Of a stretch of 64,000 nucleotides of DNA, positions 45,661 to 55,921 are shown piece by piece. A model generated the notes under the pieces. It made no database searches, was not told the origin of the DNA, and saw only the letters and a program-made list of their open reading frames with translations. The stretch comes from Acidobacteriota bacterium. Lineage in GTDB: Bacteria; Acidobacteriota; UBA4820; DSQY01. A program made the translations under genes and the position numbers. Numbering within the stretch: the first letter of the stretch is position 1; each line of letters begins with the position of its first letter. The stretch lies in the NCBI GenBank assembly GCA_021787565.1, contig JAJYLT010000012.1, positions 28,166-92,165 on the forward strand, written 5' to 3'.

Positions 45661-45912
45661 TCACGCCTTCTGGCCGTTGATGACGTAGTCGTCTCCGTCC
45701 TTCAGCGGCAGTCCGATGCCGCCGCACTCCTCGGGCTGGGCGGGCGCCCACGGGCCCATCTGCCCGACCTTCCGGCGGAGCCCCTCGGCCTCGCTCTCGA
45801 TGGCCGGGAAGCCCTGGTTGAGGAAGGCCCGCTCCAGCGGGAAGACCTCCCGCTCCATGAACCGCTGCATGAGCTGGATCATGCCCCGGGCCTGCTCGCT
45901 CACCGTGAAATC
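45661..45912 (-). pseudogene. Acyl-CoA dehydrogenase remnant (internal deletion and truncation)
   Basis: MDFTVSEQARGM...PEECGGIGL...KDGDDYVINGQK aligns to the ACAD N-terminal and middle domains with about 95 aa missing between them. Stop falls right after INGQK. Confidence 0.45.
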
Positions 45913-46022
45913 CATCGTCGCCTCCCCTGGCGTGACTCCGCGGTTCTTGGTGCGATCCCCATGGTAGGGCCTGAGGCGGCCCGGGTCAAAGGGAGGCGGG
46001 AGAGCATGGGCTTGCTGTCCGG

Positions 46023-47144
46023 TCAGGAGAGGCCGAATTCCCGGAGGATGGCGTCGGTGTGCTCGCCCAGGGCCGGAGCTGGCGCGGGGGGCGTGACTCC
46101 CAGCGAGGTCACCAGCGGTCCCGGCGCTCGAAGGCTGCCGCCGCCGGGGGCGGGCGTCGCCTCGAAGAAGGGGGCCAAGGGTGAGGCTCCCGAGGCGGCC
46201 TCGGCGAGCCCGTTCACGGCGGAGAGCGGGAGGGCGCGTTCGGTGGCTTTTTCCAGCCAGTGGGCCGAGGGTTCCCGGCCCATGGCCTCCTGAACGCGCT
46301 CGGCCGCGGCGCGCCCCTCGGGGCCGGGGTCGAGCCCCGCCCCCGCCAGCTCGGGCAGTCCGACCAGGTCGAGGAAGGCGGTCCAGAATTTCGGTTCGAG
46401 CGCGCAGAGGGAGACGCTTCGCCCGTCCGCGCACCGGTAGCAACGGTAGGCGGGGAGGACGCCCGCCGACAGACGCTCCCAGAGCCCACCTCCGCCCGCC
46501 GCGGCCTCGGCCAAGGGCCAGAGGAGAAAGGGGAGGGGAGCCGGCGCGAGGGGCTGGTCCAGGAAGGCTCCGCGGCCCGTCCTGGCCCTCCGGAGCAGGG
46601 CCGCCAGCACGGCGGAGGCGGCCAGCAGTCCTCCGCCCACGTCGGCGAGCGGGACCGGCAGCGGGAGCGGTTCGGTGGAGGAGGCGAGGGCCCCGGCGAG
46701 CGCCGCGAAGTTCAGGTCGTGGCCCACTCCGCGCGAGGACGGGCCGGAGGCGCCGAAGCTGCTCATGGAGCAGACCACGAGCGCGGGGTTTCCGGAGGCG
46801 AGCCGGTCGTACCCCACGCCCCACTTCTCCATCGTGCCCGGGCGGAAGCTCTCGGCGAGCACGTCCGCGTGTTTGGCCAGGGCGCGGAGCCGAGCGGCGT
46901 CGGGCGGATCTTTCAGGTTCAGGCAGAGCGACTGGGCGCCGCGGTAGAGGGCCGCGAAGCCGGCCCCGATGCCGCCCACGAGCGGAGGGGTGGCGCGCAG
47001 GAGATCGCCCCCGCGCGGCTCCTCCACCTTGATGACGCGGGCGCCGAGATCCAGCAGCATGCGCGCCAGGACGCCTCCGGGCAGCATGCGCGTGCAGTCC
47101 AGCACCAGCGTTCCATCCAGCGGCGGGGAAGAGGGTGTCTTCAC
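46023..47144 (-). CDS. CoA-transferase family III (CaiB/BaiF)
   Basis: LDGTLVLDCTRMLPGGVLARMLLDLGARVIKVE N-terminal signature. Confidence 0.8.
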   Translation of the reverse strand: MKTPSSPPLDGTLVLDCTRMLPGGVLARMLLDLGARVIKVEEPRGGDLLRATPPLVGGIGAGFAALYRGAQSLCLNLKDPPDAARLRALAKHADVLAESFRPGTMEKWGVGYDRLASGNPALVVCSMSSFGASGPSSRGVGHDLNFAALAGALASSTEPLPLPVPLADVGGGLLAASAVLAALLRRARTGRGAFLDQPLAPAPLPFLLWPLAEAAAGGGGLWERLSAGVLPAYRCYRCADGRSVSLCALEPKFWTAFLDLVGLPELAGAGLDPGPEGRAAAERVQEAMGREPSAHWLEKATERALPLSAVNGLAEAASGASPLAPFFEATPAPGGGSLRAPGPLVTSLGVTPPAPAPALGEHTDAILREFGLS

Positions 47145-47208
47145 GGCTCCTCCTGGTCGAAGATCAAGGGGCGGCAGCCCATCGAACCACCGCCCGCACG
47201 CCGGATCT

Positions 47209-48852
47209 TCAGCGGCTCCGGACCGGCCGGAAGGCCTGGATGAAGCGCATCATCTCCGCCAGGTTGCTCACCTTGACCTTGCCCATCATGAAGGCCGACT
47301 GGGGGTTCACCGTGCCCGTCTCGATGCCCAGGTAGGTGGCCTCCTTCATCTCGACGCGGCAGTCGGGCTCGCCCGCGAAACCCTCCGAGACCGAGACGGA
47401 CTCGCCGTCGATCCGGACCGTCCACTCCGGCGAGGCGGCCCCCTGGATGCGGTAGTGGAAGAGCGAGCGCCAGCCATCGGTCTTGCCCGGTCTCAGCCGG
47501 GTGGGCAGGGAGCGCATGAGCCCCTCCACGGTGCGGGGCGGTTCGGGCGGGGCCGGCAGGTCTCCGGCCGGCGCGGCGGAGGGCGAAGGCTCGGGCGGCG
47601 CGGGCGCCGGCTGGCTGGCCTCGGCGGGCCGCGGCGGTTCGGGGCGTGCCGTCTGGCGGGGCGGCCGGGCCGGGGGCGCGGCCCCCTCCCCCTCTGGCGA
47701 GCCCTGGTCCAGGGCCAGGCGGATGATGATCTCGCGCATGATCTCGGAGGTGCCGGCGGCGATGGTGGCCGCTCGGGCATCCCGGTAGAATCGCGCCGCC
47801 GGGTACTCCTCCATGAAGCCGTAGCCGCCGAAGAACTGGAGGCACTCGTCGGCCACCTTCTTGCCGAGCTCGGTCGCCACGAGCTTGGCCATGGAGGATT
47901 CGAGCACCGCCGGCCGGCCCTCCGACCGCAGCCACGCGGCGTGGTAGGTGAGCTGGCGCGCGGCCTCCAGCTCGGCGTACAGGTCCGCCATGCGGTGGCG
48001 CAGGGCCTGGAAGCGGTCCAGCGGCCGGCCGAAGGCCTTGCGCTCGGCCATGTAACGGCGGGTGAAGTCCAGGGCCACGACGGAGCTTCCGATGGAGATG
48101 GCGGCGCCGCAGAGCCGTTCCAGGGCGAAGGCCTCCATGATCTGATAGAAGCCGCTGTTCTCCTCGCCGATCAGGTTGTCGGCGGGAACGCGGACCTCCT
48201 CGAAGGAGAGCTCCGCCGTGTCCGAGCTGTGCCAGCCCAGCTTGCGCAGGCGGCGCGCCACGCGCACGCCGGGCGCGTCGGCGTCCACGGCCAGGAGGCT
48301 GATGCTCGCCGCTCCGTCCTCGGCGCGGCCGGTGCGCACGGCGAGGGTGAAGAAATCTCCCTCGGCGCCGTTGGTGATGAAGGTCTTGGCGCCACTGACC
48401 ACGAAGTGCTCGCCGTCGCGCTTCGCGCGGGTGCGGATCGAGGCCACGTCGGAGCCCGTATCCGGTTCGGTGATGGCGAGCGCCCCCACCTTGGCCCCGG
48501 CGATGGAGGGGGCGAGGTAGCGCCGCTTCAGCTCCTCCGAACCATTGGCGGCGATGTGGGCCGTGGCCATGAACTGCTGCACCGAGACGGAGGCGCAGAA
48601 GCCGCCCATGAGGGAGCGGGGAAGCTCCTCCAGGAAGGCGACGGCGAAGAAGAGATCGGCCTCCTGGCCGCCGTAGGCCTCGGGATGGAGGATGCCGAGG
48701 AAGCCCAGCTCGCCCATGCGCCGGAAGATGCTCCGGGGGATGCGGCCTTCCTGCTCCCACGCCTCGGCGTGCGGTGCCACCTCCTCCGTGATGAACCGCC
48801 GGACGCTTCGGCGGAAGGTCTCATGCTCCTGCGTGAAGTAGATCGAATGCAT
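47209..48852 (-). CDS. Acyl-CoA dehydrogenase with C-terminal SCP2 sterol-carrier domain
   Basis: ACAD N-terminal/middle/C-terminal domains (FFGGYGFMEEYPAARFYRDA). C-terminal SCP2-like segment. Confidence 0.8.
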   Translation of the reverse strand: MHSIYFTQEHETFRRSVRRFITEEVAPHAEAWEQEGRIPRSIFRRMGELGFLGILHPEAYGGQEADLFFAVAFLEELPRSLMGGFCASVSVQQFMATAHIAANGSEELKRRYLAPSIAGAKVGALAITEPDTGSDVASIRTRAKRDGEHFVVSGAKTFITNGAEGDFFTLAVRTGRAEDGAASISLLAVDADAPGVRVARRLRKLGWHSSDTAELSFEEVRVPADNLIGEENSGFYQIMEAFALERLCGAAISIGSSVVALDFTRRYMAERKAFGRPLDRFQALRHRMADLYAELEAARQLTYHAAWLRSEGRPAVLESSMAKLVATELGKKVADECLQFFGGYGFMEEYPAARFYRDARAATIAAGTSEIMREIIIRLALDQGSPEGEGAAPPARPPRQTARPEPPRPAEASQPAPAPPEPSPSAAPAGDLPAPPEPPRTVEGLMRSLPTRLRPGKTDGWRSLFHYRIQGAASPEWTVRIDGESVSVSEGFAGEPDCRVEMKEATYLGIETGTVNPQSAFMMGKVKVSNLAEMMRFIQAFRPVRSR

Positions 48853-48904
48853 CGGTCACTCCTGACTGGCCCCGCTGAGGTGCGTGGAACGGAACCCGCG
48901 AAGC

Positions 48905-49045
48905 GCCCAATCGCTTAGTCGCCCAATCGCTTAATCGCCCAATCGCTTAATCGCTCAATCGCTTAATCGCCTAGTCCCCTAGTCCCCTAGTCCCCTAGTC
49001 CCCTAGTCCCCTCATCACCTCATCGCCTCATCGCCTCATCACCTA
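48905..49045. repeat. Compound tandem repeats: (CCCAATCGCTTAATCG)n, (CCTAGTCC)5, (CCTCATCR)4
   Basis: Direct reading. Lies between the ACAD start and the fadB end. Confidence 0.85.
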
Positions 49046-49052
49046 CCCCCCC

Positions 49053-51177
49053 TCACCCCTCGTAGAACTTCTTCCCGTTCTTGGCCATCTCGGCGAGGAG
49101 CGGGGCGGGGGTGAAGCGCTGGCCGTGCAGCTTGGCGAGCGCCTCATAGTGGTCCACGGCCTGGCGGGCACCCAGGGCATCCAGGTACCGGAAGGGGCCG
49201 CCCCGGAAGGGAGGGAATCCCAGGCCGAAGACGGCACCCACGTCCCCGTCGCGGGGGCAGGAGAGGACCCCCTCCTGGAGGCAGTGGACGGCCTCGTTGG
49301 CCATGAGGAGGGCGAGGCGTTCGGCCATGGCCTTGCGGTCCACGGGGCGCCTCGGCGCGCCGCCGAGCAGTCCGTAGACCTCCGCGTTGGGCCGCTTCCT
49401 TCCCTTCTTCCCGCGGGGAGGATAGAGGTAAAAGCCCCGGCCGTTCTTGCGCCCCTGGTAGCCGGCCTCAAAGAGCCTGGGCAGGGCGTCGCTCGCCCCC
49501 AGACCGCGGTGGGCGTACACGGGCCCGAGCTCCTTGGCGACGTGCGCGCCCACGTCGATGCCCACCTCGTCCAGGAGCGTGACCGGCCCCACGGGGTAGC
49601 CGAAATCCTTCAGCGCGCCGTCCAGGGCCTCCATGCGCGCCCCCTCCTCCAGCAGCAGCACCGCCTCGTTCAGGAAGGGGGAGAGGATGCGCGTCGTATA
49701 GAACCCGGGGCCGTCCTCCACCACGATGGCGGTCTTGCCCTGTTTCACGGCGAAGGCGCGGGCCGTGGCCACGGCCCACGGCGCGGTCTTCTCGGCGACC
49801 ACGAGCTCCAGCAGGGGCATCTTGGGCACGGGGGAGAAGTAGTGCATGCCGAGAACGCGCTCGGGGTGGAGGGCCTTCTCGGCGATGGAGGCGATGGGCA
49901 GGGCGGAGGTGTTGGAGGCGAAGACGCACTCGGCCGGCACCAGCGCCTCCACCTCGGCGAGCACCTTCCGCTTGAGCTCGAGGTCCTCGAAGACCGCCTC
50001 GATGACGAGGTCGGCCCGCCGCAGGGCCTCCGCCTCCTGGGTGAGGTGCAGGCGGGCGAAGAGGCGGTCGCGCTCGAAGCGCGAGATGGCTCCCGATTTG
50101 ACGCGCTTGGAGAGGCCCGAATAGACGCCCCTGGCGCACCCGTCCAGCGCCTTCTGCGAGAGGTCGCGGACCACCACGGGGGCGAGCTCCAGCGAGACGG
50201 CCGCGATGCCGCTGCCCATGAAGCCCGCCCCCAGCACCGCGAGCCGGCCGACGGGCCTCGGGGGCGTGGCGTCCAGCGGCTTCTTGAGCTCGGTGGTGGC
50301 CTCGAAAAGGCCGATGAGGGCCTTGCATTCCGGTCCCGCCACGAGCTGGCCGAAGAGGACCGACTCCCTGTCGTAACCGGCCGCCGGCCCCTTCGCATAG
50401 CCCGTCCGGACGCAGTCCAGGATGGAGAGGGGCGAGGGATAGAGCCCGCGGGTCTTGGCGAGCACGCTCTTGCGCGCCTGCCGGAAGAGGAGGTTCCGGC
50501 CGGGGGGGGATTCCAGCAGTCTCTCCATCCACGGGCGCTTCCTCTCGCTCCGCTGGATGGAGCCGTCGACCAGCCCGAGGGCCGTGCGGATGGCCGTCTC
50601 CTCGATCCCTCCGGGGGAAGTGAGGGCGTCCACGAGCCCCATCTTCAGGGCCTTGCGGGCCCGCACGCGCTGGCCCGTGAGCATCATGGGGAGCGCCGTG
50701 GGCAGGCCCACGAGGCGGGAGAGGCGCACCGTGCCGCCTCCCGCGGGAAGCAGACCCAACTGGACCTCGGGCAGCCCCAGCACGACCTTGGGATCGTCCG
50801 CCGCCAGCCGGTAGGCGCACGCCAGCGCCACCTCCATCCCGCCGCCCAGGGCGAGGCCCGCGATGGCGGCCACCGTGGGCTTGGAGGAGCCGGCCACGCG
50901 GTCGAGGAGGGCGTGGCCCGCGCGCGAGAAGCGCTCGCCCACCATCGGATCGCGGATGGAAAGGAAGAATTTGAGGTCGGCCCCCGCGATGAAGTTGTCG
51001 GGCTTCGCGCTGACGAGCACGCACGCCTTGACCCCGGGATCGCGCTCGATGTCGTCGATGACGCCGCGGAACTCCTCCACCACCTCCGGCGAGAGGATGT
51101 TCACCCTGCCATTGGGGTTGTCGAAGGTGAGAACGGCCACCCCGTCCGGTCGTTTGGTCACGCGGATCGCGCCCATG
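49053..51177 (-). CDS. fadB: Fatty-acid oxidation multifunctional enzyme (enoyl-CoA hydratase + 3-hydroxyacyl-CoA dehydrogenase)
   Basis: N-terminal crotonase fold (VLTFDNPN...FIAGADLK). 3HCDH NAD site LGAGFMGSGIA. Confidence 0.85.
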
Positions 51178-51178
51178 G

Positions 51179-52469
51179 TCACACCCTCTCCAAGACGATG
51201 GCGTTGCCCACCGCTCCGGCGGCGCAGGCCGCCACCACGCCGTACCGCGCCCCCTCCCGCTCCATGCGGCGGCAGCAGGTGGTCACGAGCCTTCCCCCGG
51301 TGGCGCCGAAGGGGTGGCCGATGGAGAGGGAGCCGCCCCACGCGTTGAGCTTCTCGGGGTCGAGGGCGCCCACAGGCTTCTCCATCCCCAGGCGTTCGCG
51401 CGCGAAGCGCTCGTCCTCCAGCAGCTTGAGCACGGCGAGCATCTGCACCGCGAAGGCCTCGTGGATCTCCCAGACCCCCACCTCGGCGGGGGAGATGCCG
51501 GCGCTCTCCAGAGCACCGGGGATGGCGAAGGCCGGGCCCAGCAGGAGTTCGTCCAGGGGGTCCATGGCCGTGGTGCTCACGGCGCGAAGGGCGGCCAGAG
51601 GTTTGATCCCCTTGGCCCTGGCGCGCTCCTCGCTCATGAGGAGGACCGCCGAGGCGCCGTCCGTGAGGTAGGAGCTGTTGGCCGCCGTCACCGTGCCGAA
51701 CCGCCGGTCGAAGGCCGGCTTGAGGGAGGCCATCTTCTCGTAGGTGGAGTCCCCCCGCACGCCGTTGTCCGCCCCCACGACCTTGAAGGCCGGCGGCGCG
51801 TAGAGCGGCACGATCTGGTCCGCGAAGAATCCCTTGCGGGCCGCCTCGGCCGCCCGCTGGTGGGAGCGCAGGGCGTAGGCGTCCTGGTCGGCCCGGGAGA
51901 TGGCCAGGGGCTTGGCCAGGCGCTCGGCGTTCTGCCCCATGGAGAGGCCCGTGGAGAAGTCGGCGATGGCGGGGACCTCGGGCGCGAGGTCGCGGAACTT
52001 GAGCCCCTTGGCCATGCCGAGCAGACCCTTCAGCCCACGGCCTTTCTGGCCGGCCATGAGGCGCTTGCGGACGTTCCTGGAGACGCGGATGGGCGCGTCG
52101 GAGAGGGTGTCCGTCCCCCCGGCGATGGCCACCTCCGCCTGGCCCAGGGCGATGGCGTTGGCGGCGCTCAGGATGGCGAGATTCGAAGAGACGCAGGCCA
52201 CGGTCACGGTGAAGGCGGGCACCGAGGAGGGCAGGCCGCTCGCCAGGCCCACCTCGCGGGCCACGTTGCTCGTGGCGGGGTCCTGGAGGACCGTCCCCAT
52301 CACCAGGAGCTCCACCTCGCCGGGCTCCACCGGGGCGTGGTGGAGCAGCCCCGCCACCGCGTGGCGGCCGAGGTCGTACGCGGTCAGGTCCGTGAAGGCG
52401 GTCCCCGAGCGGGCGAAGGGTGTGCGCCGGCCGTCCACCACGACGACGCGGCGTCCGTTCATGACGCTT
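51179..52469 (-). CDS. fadA: Acetyl-CoA C-acyltransferase (thiolase)
   Basis: Thiolase active-site Cys region VTVACVSSN. C-terminal GHPFGATG. Confidence 0.85.
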
Positions 52470-52592
52470 TTCATTGCGTTCCCCCATCCATAGGCAACCG
52501 GGTCAGCGTCCGAATCCATGCGGAGCTACCACCCTGTTGTATGCGCCCCTGCCCGGGGTGTCAAGGTTGCCCCGCGCTCTGCGCACTCTCCC

Positions 52593-52656
52593 TTCATCGC
52601 CCAATCGCCCAATCGCTTCATAGCTCCATCGCTCCATCGCTCCATCCCCCAATCCC
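52593..52656. repeat. Tandem repeats (CCCAATCG)n/(CTCCATCG)n
   Basis: Direct reading. Confidence 0.8.
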
Positions 52657-52757
52657 CGTCCAGTGTTATCCTGGTCCCGGCTCGTCCACCGGCAGATCTG
52701 CCTCGTCGCGCACGCGGGATGAAGCGGGCGCCGGCGCCGTCACACCGGATTTCGAGG

Positions 52758-53281
52758 AGATGCGACCCATGGAAGACGATCGGAACGCCGAGGCCCAGGG
52801 ATTGGTGACGATCCGCACCTACATGACCCTGATGGAGGTGGAGTGGGCGCGCTCGGTGCTGGCCTCCGCCGGGCTCTGCTGCTTCGTGCCGGACGCCGTG
52901 GGGGGAACCCTCTTCCCCATGCCCGGCGGCATCCGCCTCCAGGTGCCGGCCTCCGCGGCCGAGGAGGCCGAGCGCGTTCTCGCGGGCCAGGAGCTCGAAA
53001 GGGGACTGGTATCTCAGATGGCGCACGGCGGGGAAGCCGCCGCTCCCGAGGCGGAGCCCAGCTCGATGGAGGAGGAGCCCGAGGCGGTGGAGGCCGTGGA
53101 GCCGCACGACCTCTGCCCGGCGCCTCCGGCCCCGCGCTGTCCGGCCTGCGGTTCCCAAGCCGTGGAGGATACCCCTCCTCCGAAGTACGCCGCCGAGAGC
53201 GCCCTCAGCGGCGCCTTCTCGCGGTTCCTGGGGCGCGGCTGGCACCGCTGCATCGACTGCGGCCACGAGTGGAAGGGCTGA
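52758..53281 (+). CDS. DUF2007-domain protein with C-terminal zinc-ribbon
   Basis: RTYMTLMEVEWARSVLASAGL (DUF2007). CPACGS...CIDCGHEW. Confidence 0.5.
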
Positions 53282-53420
53282 GGGCCGAAGGTTTTCCCCT
53301 CTCCTAGGAGCGGGCTCCTGCGCGCGAACCGCGCCGGCGGCGCTTTTCGCCGGGCAGTGCGACGAAGACCGCCGTCACCGTGAAGAGAGCTTCATCCCGC
53401 TCGCCCTGCCAACGCCGCGT

Positions 53421-54539
53421 CTACCGACGGAACTCGCTGAGGTTGCGCAGGAAGTGCAGGGTGTCCTCGCGGGTGAGCATGCCGACCATGCGCCCGCCCT
53501 CCATCACGGGAAGCTGGTTGAATCCGTCCCGCTGCATCTCGTCCACGGCGCGCCAGAGTTCGGTGTCGGGGGCGAGGACCTGGAGCTTCTCCACGGGGAT
53601 CATGGCCTGCTCGCTCGTCGTGGTGCCCCACGAGGCCCTGGGGATCTCCCGCAGGCGGTGGAGCGTGAGGAGCCCGGCCAGGCTGTCGCCGCGCTCGACG
53701 ACGAAGCACCGCCGCCCGCTGCCCAGGATGTGCTCGTCCACCAGGCGCTGGAGGGTCAGGTCCGCGGGAACGGAGGCGTACTGGTTGGTCATGGCCTCCG
53801 AGACCCGGTGGCCGGCCAGCACGTCGTGCGCGTCCTGGGTGTGGATCTGCCCGGCCGCCGCGCTGTCCAGGAACCATCCGATGAAGGCGATCCACACGCC
53901 GTTCATGAAATTCCCGGTGAGCACCTCCCAGACGCCGTAGAAGATGAAGAGGAGCGCCACGAAGCGCCCGACCCACGCGGCTATCAGCGTGGCCTTGCGG
54001 AAGCTGCCCGTGACGCCCCAGACCACGGCCCGCAGGACGCGTCCCCCGTCCAGCGGAAAGCCGGGGATGAGGTTGAACAGGACCAGCATGCCGTTGATGA
54101 GGGCCAGGTACTCGGCCAGGGCCAGGACGGGCCCCGCGGAGGAGAGGCTCTGCCGCAGAAGCCCGAAGAGGACGGCCAGGGCGAAGCTCACGGCCGGTCC
54201 CGCCACGGCGATCCAGAACTCCGCCAGGGCGCTGGGGGGCTCGGCTCCGATCTGGGCCACGCCCCCGAAGATGAAGAGGGTGATGCTGCGCACGGGGATC
54301 TTGTAGCGCATGGCCACCACCGAGTGCCCCAGCTCGTGCAGCAGGACGCTCGCGAAGAGCAGGATGGCCGTCAGGGCGCCCGTCACCCAGTAGAGCCCAG
54401 CCGGCCAGCCCGGGAACTCGTGGGGGTAATAGCTCGCGGCGAGCGACCAGGTGATCAGGCCGAAGATCAGAAACCAGGTGTAGTCCAGTCCGATGGGAAT
54501 CCCCAGGATGCGTCCCAGGGGGATGGTATTGCGTCCCAT
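53421..54539 (-). CDS. Site-2 protease (M50) family metalloprotease with CBS-domain pair
   Basis: HELGHS zinc motif. LDGG motif. C-terminal tandem CBS. Confidence 0.7.
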   Translation of the reverse strand: MGRNTIPLGRILGIPIGLDYTWFLIFGLITWSLAASYYPHEFPGWPAGLYWVTGALTAILLFASVLLHELGHSVVAMRYKIPVRSITLFIFGGVAQIGAEPPSALAEFWIAVAGPAVSFALAVLFGLLRQSLSSAGPVLALAEYLALINGMLVLFNLIPGFPLDGGRVLRAVVWGVTGSFRKATLIAAWVGRFVALLFIFYGVWEVLTGNFMNGVWIAFIGWFLDSAAAGQIHTQDAHDVLAGHRVSEAMTNQYASVPADLTLQRLVDEHILGSGRRCFVVERGDSLAGLLTLHRLREIPRASWGTTTSEQAMIPVEKLQVLAPDTELWRAVDEMQRDGFNQLPVMEGGRMVGMLTREDTLHFLRNLSEFRR

Positions 54540-54622
54540 GGTTCATCTCCTGTGCATGAGGGCCGCCGCCGCGAGGGGCGGCCGGAGAGAGCCGGCGAAA
54601 GCGGTGGCCCGGGTCCGGCTCT

Positions 54623-55480
54623 CTATTCCACCCTGGGCCCCTGCCGAGCGCTCCTGACCTCCTTGAGAGAATAGAGTAGCGCGGGCAGGGCCACGAACAC
54701 CATGAAGAGCCCCACCAGCACCTCCCCCGAATCCAGGAAGACGTACCGGTTCCACCCCAAGAGGGTGAGGATGCCGGCGAGGGCGAAGAGCAGCCCGCCG
54801 AAGAAGAGCGTGCGGCCGCCGGTCTGGGAGCCGATCCGGCGGATCTCCTCCTCGCTGAGAAGGCGCGTCCAGCGGAGCGAGGCGCCGAAGAGCGCCCCCA
54901 CGGCGGCCAGGGTGATCATGGTCCCCAGGCCGAAGAGGAGGCCTGGGAGGAAGCCCAGCCAGGCGCTCCCCATGGCCGAGGCCGCGACGGTGTTCACGAA
55001 GAGGGAGAAGGGGCCGAAGCCGAAGGCCGCGATGAAGCCGTGCACGAGCGTCCACCGCACGGGCGGCGCCTGCGGAACCTGCGCCTTGTGCGTGTGGTGC
55101 ATCTTCAGGACGTTGCTCGTGCACTCCATCCCTTTCCCCGCCTCGTGGTGGTGTCCCAGCAGGTGCAGGTGGAGGTACCGGTTGCGCCGCAGCACGACGG
55201 CGCCCGCCGCCGTCATCACCACTCCCACCGCCACGTAGACGATGCCTTCGAGCAGGGGAAGGCGCAGGAAGGGCGCCAGGGCCAGGTAGGCGAGCTCGGA
55301 GACGATCATGCGCTGGAAGGTGAAGGCCGCGGAGAAGTACAGGCCCGCCCGCATGCCCTCCCAGCCGCTGGCGCCGCCGATGGCGTAGCTGAAGGTGATG
55401 GGCCAGGTGTGCTCGTCCGGCAGGATCCCGTGCAGGAGCCCGAAGAGGAGCGAATAGGTCAGCGCCAGAAGAGGGCTCAT
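54623..55480 (-). CDS. Polytopic membrane protein with His-rich loop (possible Ni/Co transporter-like)
   Basis: LHGILPDEH and HLHLLGHHHEAGKG segments. Function is uncertain. Confidence 0.35.
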   Translation of the reverse strand: MSPLLALTYSLLFGLLHGILPDEHTWPITFSYAIGGASGWEGMRAGLYFSAAFTFQRMIVSELAYLALAPFLRLPLLEGIVYVAVGVVMTAAGAVVLRRNRYLHLHLLGHHHEAGKGMECTSNVLKMHHTHKAQVPQAPPVRWTLVHGFIAAFGFGPFSLFVNTVAASAMGSAWLGFLPGLLFGLGTMITLAAVGALFGASLRWTRLLSEEEIRRIGSQTGGRTLFFGGLLFALAGILTLLGWNRYVFLDSGEVLVGLFMVFVALPALLYSLKEVRSARQGPRVE

Positions 55481-55921
55481 GGCCGTGCCTCCACGGTATG
55501 CTAACACGCCGGGCCGCCCGCTCGTTCCCCGGCGCGCCCAGAGACGAGAACCGGCGCGGCCCTCCTTGCGTACTCAACGCCCTGGCCGTATGGTGACGGT
55601 CGTCGGAGGAACGGCGTGCGGAGATCTCGACACCTTCGAGAGCCAGGTGCGCTTCTGGGATTTTCATCAGGCCCCGAAGGAATCCGAACCCGCTCGCGAA
55701 CCCACTGAGGGCCGCCAGCTCCCGTAGCGAGCAAAGCCCGAATCGGCCGTCTCCGCAGGGCTTCATTCACATGCGGAGAGGATGATGCCCGCGGCGTCAA
55801 CCCTGCCACTGGAAGCCGCACCGGACGCAGCGGCGCCAGGCGCCGCCTCCGAGCAGCTCCCAGTCCGCCGTGTCCGGGCCGGACACCTCAGGCGCGCGCA
55901 TGCCGTCGGTCATGGGCTCTC

